The notes beneath the pieces were generated by a model. The model had not been told where the DNA came from. It did not search any database and worked only from the letters and a program-made list of their open reading frames with translations. Shown piece after piece: positions 57,816-64,000 of a DNA stretch of 64,000 nucleotides. Numbering within the stretch: the first letter of the stretch is position 1; every line of letters begins with the position of its first letter. The position numbers and the translations under genes are program-made. This DNA comes from Strigamia acuminata (taxonomy: Eukaryota), in assembly GCA_949358305.1 (NCBI GenBank), contig OX442314.1:2790001-2854000 (forward strand), read 5' to 3'.

Positions 57816-58316
57816 TAGGGATGAGAACTTGACCAATTTTGGGGTCCCGTCCCGTCCCGTGTCCCGAATGTCCAAATTTTTCCCGTCCCGTGTCCCGAAT
57901 GTCCAAATTTTTTCAGTCCCGTCCCGTCCCGTGTCCCGAATGTCCAAATTTTTCCCGTCCCGTCCCGTCCCGTGTCCCGAAATGTGCCGATTTTTCGAGT
58001 CCAGAACGTAATATGCGCGTATAACGTCAACGTAATACGCGCGTATAACGTTAAAATATGATCAAATGTGATCAAATATGATCAAATATGATCAAATTTA
58101 ATCAAATATGATCAAATATGATCAATAAATATGATAAAATGAAACTTCACCAAGTCCCGTCCCGTCCCGAATCCCGCATAAGGCAAAAATTATCAGTCCC
58201 GTCCCGTCCCGAATCCCGTGAAATAGATTTATCCAGTCCCGTCCCGTCCCGAATCCCGCTGCGGGACCGGGACGGGACCGGGACCGGGACCGGTCCCGGT
58301 CCCGTTCTCATCTCTA
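57816..58316. mobile_element. hAT-type MITE
   Basis: TIRs TAGGGATGAGAAC / GTTCTCATCTCTA, exact 8-bp TSD ATGTAAAC, and internal (GTCCC)n repeats. Confidence 0.9.
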
Positions 58317-58618
58317 ATGTAAACATGGTAATTGACACTTGGGCACGTTTTTGCATACGGTTTTTTCCATTCGTATAAACTCCACAAACGGTATAAACAG
58401 ACATTTTGACTGTCTAGGGCCGGCGCGAGGCGTGAGGCGGTGAAGCGCTCGCCTCATATTTCTAGGGGCGGCATCTGTGGGCGCACAAACCGATTTATTC
58501 AACAAAAATTTATTTTACTGTTCAAAAGGGCGGCATATGCCTTGCTCTCCTCAGGTGTAAATATGTGTCGCACCAGCCCAGCTAGGGTCTCTCCACAACG
58601 TCTAATCCGGCACTGGTT

Positions 58619-61577
58619 TCACAGGGCTGTTTCGTTCCGGTCCCCCACCCGGTCCGACCGTTCCGCCAGCGGCCGACACACGCGAATCGCCACCTCGTAG
58701 CTCGGCGGCGAACCACCGCCCTCTCTGTTGACCGACCGCGGCTTCCCGACCAAAGACGTCGCGTGATAAAACGTGCTCTCGTGCAGCGAAAGTCTAGTGC
58801 TGGAATTCGGAACGACGGACGAGTTCGCCCGACAGCTGTCGGTGCTCCACGAGTGTCGGGGGCCGCGCGGCGCCGCCGGAAGAAGCTGGAGGTCCCGGTC
58901 AGCGCCGAACGGCGGCGGCGCGTCCAATAAGAGCGCCTGGCTGTAGCTGGGCACCAGCGCCGTGTTGCACGTGATGTTCCACTCGAGGTTGGGGCTCGTG
59001 GGGCTGAGGGTGGCCGAGACGGAGTCGGAGTCGCCGCCGAAGAGCTTGACGACGCGCAGCTGGACGTGGGCGGTTTTGGCGGCGAGCAGGAGACGGAGCG
59101 GCCAGGAGAGGAGGAGGGCGGAGGCGAGCCAGAAGGCGGTCCGGCCGGCGAACCAGGGCGTTGGCTGGGAGAAGGCGAAGGCGGTTTCGCGGAAGTCGAC
59201 GTTGAGCAAGTTGAGGCCCTCGCGCATCTCCATGTAGTCGTCTTGGGTTTCGTACTCGCGGAAGAAGAGCGCGCGCTGTTCTTCGAAGTCGCGGGCGGCG
59301 CGCCGGTTGGTGAAGGCGAAGTTTTTGGTGAAGGCGAGGCGCGTCATGGCGAAGCGGTCGAGGTCGACGAGACGTTTGGAGGCGTCGCGCACGCCGCAGC
59401 GGGAGTACTCGAAGGATGAGCCGCTCGTGTGCGAGTTGACGCGCTCGTAGTACACCTGGAGTTGGAAAGAGTTTTTGTTAGTTGGTTTTTGATGGAAGTT
59501 TGGGGGGTGGTCGGGGGCGGATCCGGAGGAGGGGGGAAATTTTTCACATGGGGAAATTGCCGAAATTGGTTAGTTTATGGGGATTTTTTTTTTATTAGAA
59601 TGATTTTTTTTTGGACTTAAATGTGAGTTTTTGTGTCCGAAAGTGAATTTTTTTCGTTTAAAAAGTGAATTTTTCGTTCAGAAAGTGAATTTTTCGTTCA
59701 AAAAGTTAATTTTTTGTCCAAAAAGTTAATTTTTTTGTCCAAAAAGTGAATTTTTTCGTCCAAAAAATGAATTTTTTCGTTCAAAAGTGAATTTTTCGTT
59801 TAAAAAGTGAATTTTTCGTCCAAAAAGTGAATTTTTTCGTTCAAAAAGTGAATTTTTCGTCCAAAAAGTGAATTTTTCGTTCAAAAAGTGAATTTTTTCG
59901 TCCAAAAAATAGACACGTTCAAAGTTACGGTTTTTACCATTTCTATAAACGGAACGGCATCAAAAACAGCCCAATACCATCACCAAAAACCGCAAAAACC
60001 AAAACCACGACTGGAGTTGTTTATGAATCGGTTTATGCCGAGTTTTGGTTTTTAAAACCAAATTCAAAATAGCCGCCTCGAAACTTAGATGGACGAATCA
60101 GATCTTCAAGTGTCAAATGCTTTGAGGCGAAGCATCCACCTCCCAAAATGTGAGCAAATGCTAAATTATGTTTAAATAAGGGGCCCACAACCACAATACG
60201 TTGGTTAAAATTTTTTTTCGGTCCCAAAAAATGAATTTGCGGTCCCAAAAGTAAATTTTCGGTCCCAAAAAATGAATTTTCGGTTCAAAAAAGTGAATTT
60301 TCGGTTCAAAAAAGTGAATTTTCGGTCCCAAAAAATGAATTTTCGGTTCTAAAAAGTGAATCTTCGGTTCAAAAAAGTGAATTTTCGGTCCAAAAAAGTG
60401 AATTTTTGGTTCAAAAAATTAATTTTCGGTCTCAAAAGTGAATTTTCGGTCAAAAAAGTGAATTTTCGGTTCAAAAAAAGTCAATTTTCGGTCAAAAAAA
60501 GTCAATTTTCGGTCCAAAAAATGAATTTTCGGGTCAAAAAAGTGAATTTTCGGTCAAAAAAATTGAATTTTCGGTCCTAAAAATGAATTTTCGGTCCAAA
60601 AAATAAATTTTCGGTCCAAAAAAATGAATTTTTGGTCCAAAAAATGAATTTTCGGTCCAAAAAATGAATTTTCGGTCCAAAAAATAAATTTTCGGTCCAA
60701 AAAATGAATTTTCGGTCCAAAAAATGAATTTTCGGTCCAAAAAAGTGAATTTTCGGTCCAGAAAAGTGAATTTTCGATCCCAAAAAGTGTTTTTCGGTCC
60801 AAAAAAGTGAATTTTCTGTCCCAAAAAGTGAATTTTCGGTCCAAAAAATGAATTTTTGGTCCCAAAAATGAATTAATAACCTAACCTAACCAACTTCATG
60901 CCATTTCCCCACTGCACAAACATCTCCCACGCCTCCACCTCCACAGATCCGTCCTCGCTCCCAATCACTCACTTGTATCGTCGTGTAGGCGTCCCCGTTC
61001 CGATACCGCGTCACCTGCCTCGTCCGCCGCACGTAATGATAGCAGACGGCTTTCCACCACACGAGCGGACTCGCATCCCGCATGGCCTCGTAGCGCGCGC
61101 CCGCCTCCACCGCGTCGACGCGCGCATCCATATCCACACGCACGCTCGAGTGCCAGCACTCAACCAAATAAACGAGATACAGCGCCACGAGAAAGGCTAG
61201 CGGCACGTACACGTACCCCTCGTCGCACGGGCTCGTCGTCTTCGTCGTCGCCGTGAGAAAATGCGAGAAGCTGAGCACGACCTTGCTCACGCGGGCCACG
61301 CGACACCACGCCACGGCGCCCACGCAGCCGTACACGAGCAGGCTGACCACCAGGCACTTCCAGTGGGGCTCGCGACGAAAACATTTCCACAGCGAAAGCA
61401 TTTCCGGACGTTGCTGCAACGAAATTCGAAAATTACATAGAAATGTCCCCGCGATGACGTCATTTCTGATCGGGACGTGCAGCGCGGGCGAGCCCACTTG
61501 CGTGTCTATTTTTTATTCGCTTTGTTTCGTTCGGTTTGGTTTACCTCGTCCGCGGCGGGGTCGTCATGAGTACTCAT
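58619..61577 (-). CDS. TMEM151: Transmembrane protein 151 homologue. Exons: 61577-61545, 61413-60973, 59455-58619
   Basis: HWKCLVVSLLVYGC...SPCDEGYVYVPLAF..LYLVYLVECWH...[37 protein letters not shown]...LLSWPLR. Exon 1 is less certain. Confidence 0.92.
59620..60870. repeat. ~21-22-bp intronic minisatellite (AAAAAGTGAATTTTCGGTCC) interrupted by a dispersed repeat at ~59915-60205
   Basis: Directly visible tandem units; the interrupting segment resembles 56905-57160. Confidence 0.9.
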
Positions 61578-61749
61578 GATTTGGGACCTCGTCTACCTCC
61601 ATCGCCTCGTCCGTCATCAGATATGCGAGTGCTCGTTTAGCGCCATTTCTTTCTATTATCGCCGAGTCAGACCGTGGGTTCCCACAATCCACCGCGACAT
61701 AACACAACCCCCACTCTGGTGGCGACATCGTCCGACTGGAGAGATCGGA

Positions 61750-61929
61750 CTAAACTCTATTCCAAAAAGTATTACAAATACTCCCATTGGTTGGGAGATT
61801 CACAGTTCAGTTGTGTCTTGAATATGATGCTGTTTTCAGATTCCAGTAGACTTGTGCGAAGATTTTTTAAAGTGTCTCAACCAACCAACCAATGGGAGTA
61901 TTTGTAATACTTTTTGGAATAGAGTTTAG
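61750..61929. mobile_element. 180-bp foldback/MITE upstream of TMEM151
   Basis: ~45-bp perfect inverted repeat CTAAACTCTATTCCAAAAAGTATTACAAATACTCCCATTGGTTGG. Confidence 0.75.
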
Positions 61930-62472
61930 GGTGTTTCTTTATTCGTTTGGTTAGTTTTGAATGTAATCTCGGCGGAATGAAGCGAGCGGAGCGAGCGAAT
62001 GAACGCCGAGCGTCGTTCATTCGATGTAATCGAGGAATAACAGGAGATGGCGCTACCATCCGGGTCACGTCAGTCTTTAGAGTAAGCCTAAAATGGGTAG
62101 GAAAAAACTCAAGGAAAAAACAATTGAAGATTAGGAGTTGTCGTTCCCCAACTCGGGAGAAAGTTCAAGGTAAGATAAGATTTATGTATTTAAGATCCGT
62201 GTGTGAGGATTAATAGAGTATGCTAGTGAAAGGGAGGTGTTGGAGGGTCCTGTTATTCCTCGATTACATCGAATGAACGACGCTCGGCGTTCATTCGCTC
62301 GCTCCGCTCGCTTCATTCCGCCGAGATTACATTCATTCTCAGTAATCTCCGGAATCCCAGGAGACTTTAGAGCCCCATTTTAGGTAGAAATGAATAAAAT
62401 TGGCAGTATAAAAGGTGATAATTCAATTTATTCAATTTCTAATCGATTTCTTTTTTTTTTTTTTTTTTTTTT

Positions 62473-63735
62473 TTATTTTGCATTTGCATTTGCGTGAGGC
62501 AGTAACACTGCGGTTTGGAACGCGTTGGGGTCAATAATAGGTTTGTTATAAAATTTGGCAAAGGTTTTCTCCGATGTCCAACCCGCCACTTCCAGTATTT
62601 GTTGTACTGGTACACGATTTGCGGCTGCGCTGGTTGCTGCCGCGCGAGTAGAATGGGCCCCGAAAACCGCTTCGTCTACTCCAATCTTTTTTAAGAAGGA
62701 TTTAATCCATCTGCGGATGGTGTCCTTTGACGGAGCCGAGTGGGGCGGAGTCTGGGTTAGGAAAAGGTGTGTTCCTTTTCGAACGTTTATTGTTTTCTTC
62801 AGGAAACTCGAGAGCGCCGTAAAGGGGCAGACAGATCTGTCTTGCGGGAAGGGCGCGATTCTGAAGTTGGTGTGCGTGCCCACCCGAGTGTGTTTGTGCA
62901 GGGTTAATGGCCGAAAAATGGCGGCGTCTGATGTCACCGAAAGGTCGGAAAGTGATAAGCTCTGGAGGGAGCTCACCCTTGCCGCAGTTGTAAGAGCCAA
63001 AAGGATTAGCAATTTTTCTTGTAGTGGACGCCAGTCCAGGGTGTCATGAGGCCATTGTTGTCGCAAATAATTTAATGCCAGTCCCACGTCCCAAGTAGCG
63101 ACGTATCGGGGCAAGTTTGGCTTAGTGTTGAAGATTCCTTTAAGAATTTTGACAATGCGGTAGTCGTGGCGCACTTCCGTGGGAATGACACCTGCTGCGA
63201 CTATTGCTGCCAGATTCCCGGTGATGGTGGAATGGGACTTCCCCTCTTGGAAGCGGAAAGCTAGGAAATTGGCAGTTTTGATGATCAGCGATTCGAGCGC
63301 AAGGTCTTTTGCAGGGAAGTTAGTTAAAGGTCCATCAAGGTTAGCAGGCGACCCTTGACCCAAAAATTCCTGCCACTTCTGAACCCCCGTAGAATATGTC
63401 GAGACGGTTGTCGGGCGCCACCCGGCCGTGTACAAGGTGGCAGCGTCTTCTGAAAAGCCTCCTGTAGTGAGGTTTCGCCAGATATCTTGCAGCCAAGGAG
63501 CTGCAGGCCCTTTAGTGGTGGTGGTGCTATCGGCTGGAATTCCAGGAGTAAGTTCCCTTTGGCTTGGAACAGAAAGGGTGGAGCTATTAGGCTCTCCAAG
63601 AGGGTTACGAACCAACTCTGGGCGGACCACCTCGGGGCTATGAGTAAGAGCGTCGTTCGATCCTTGTGCATTTTCTGAAGGATTCTCGGAATCAGGCTGA
63701 AAGGAGGGAAAGCAAAACCGTAAATAGATTTCCAA
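62473..63735 (-). CDS. DIRS tyrosine recombinase
   Basis: LALTTAARVSSL, CPF, HSTRAAATS and AGWTSEKTFAKFY supply the R...HxxR...W...Y catalytic set. Start codon is uncertain. Confidence 0.92.
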   Translation of the reverse strand: MEIYLRFCFPSFQPDSENPSENAQGSNDALTHSPEVVRPELVRNPLGEPNSSTLSVPSQRELTPGIPADSTTTTKGPAAPWLQDIWRNLTTGGFSEDAATLYTAGWRPTTVSTYSTGVQKWQEFLGQGSPANLDGPLTNFPAKDLALESLIIKTANFLAFRFQEGKSHSTITGNLAAIVAAGVIPTEVRHDYRIVKILKGIFNTKPNLPRYVATWDVGLALNYLRQQWPHDTLDWRPLQEKLLILLALTTAARVSSLQSLSLSDLSVTSDAAIFRPLTLHKHTRVGTHTNFRIAPFPQDRSVCPFTALSSFLKKTINVRKGTHLFLTQTPPHSAPSKDTIRRWIKSFLKKIGVDEAVFGAHSTRAAATSAAANRVPVQQILEVAGWTSEKTFAKFYNKPIIDPNAFQTAVLLPHANANAK

Positions 63736-64000
63736 GAATGTGCTAAAGCATCAATTTTCCACGCTAGTGGGTCCGGTCCCCAAGAGAAAAATTTTGGTAA
63801 TTTAAAATTCAGTCTGGAAGCGAATAAGTCAACTTGTGGGGACCCAAATTGTGTAATTAATTTGTTAAAAATAATTGGAGATAAACTCCATTCGCCGTCC
63901 GTAGATTCGAAATTTCGTGAAAGGTAATCTGCCACATCATTCTCTTTTCCGGGAATGTGTACAACTGTGAAGGAAATACCCAACTTGCAAGATTGTTCCC
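63324..64000 (-). CDS. DIRS pol C-terminus (end of RNase H plus N6-adenine-methyltransferase-like domain), 5'-partial
   Basis: HIPGKENDVADYLSR, DLFAS, AFPPF, IAPRW..QSWF. The frame is open to the window edge. Confidence 0.9.
   Translation of the reverse strand, partial: EQSCKLGISFTVVHIPGKENDVADYLSRNFESTDGEWSLSPIIFNKLITQFGSPQVDLFASRLNFKLPKFFSWGPDPLAWKIDALAHSWKSIYGFAFPPFSLIPRILQKMHKDRTTLLLIAPRWSAQSWFVTLLESLIAPPFLFQAKGNLLLEFQPIAPPPLKGLQLLGCKISGETSLQEAFQKTLPPCTRPGGARQPSRHILRGFRSGRNFWVKGRLLTLMDL

Larger units (their letters stand above)
61956..64000 (-). mobile_element. 3' part of a DIRS1-type tyrosine-recombinase retrotransposon (continues beyond the window)
   Basis: Overlapping RNase H/Dam-like and YR ORFs. 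The terminal 61958-62045 is the reverse complement of an internal complementary region at 62248-62335. Confidence 0.93.

Noticed and set aside
61564..61579. 16-bp perfect palindrome TCATGAGTACTCATGA over the TMEM151 start codon
   Set aside because: It is a single occurrence with no supporting context and is plausibly chance.

Overview
This is a eukaryotic invertebrate window, very likely arthropod (short GT-AG introns, ionotropic-receptor and DEG/ENaC genes, TTAGG tracts). The left ~50 kb is rich in transposons. It holds an 11-exon DEG/ENaC gene (minus strand, ~745 aa) that encodes TWO channel subunits fused head-to-tail, with a young Micropia/Mdg3-like Ty3/Gypsy element in one intron. A 14-kb young Ty3/Gypsy element sits in an 11-mer satellite; its Pol has a long linker with SxIP motifs and an AT-hook, and it carries a non-Env third ORF with a CxxCxGxG zinc finger. 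Also present are a divergent ionotropic receptor, BUD31 and TCTE1/DRC5 pseudogene fragments, a non-autonomous Gag-protease LTR element, and a spliced, truncated P-element/THAP gene. The right ~13 kb is a compact host cluster (SPRTN, SNRPD2, FKBP2, TMEM151) with intronic minisatellites and MITEs, ending in the 3' part of a DIRS1-type tyrosine-recombinase retrotransposon. All exon models were read by eye and are not confirmed by transcripts. Protein family calls rest on recognised motifs, not database searches.
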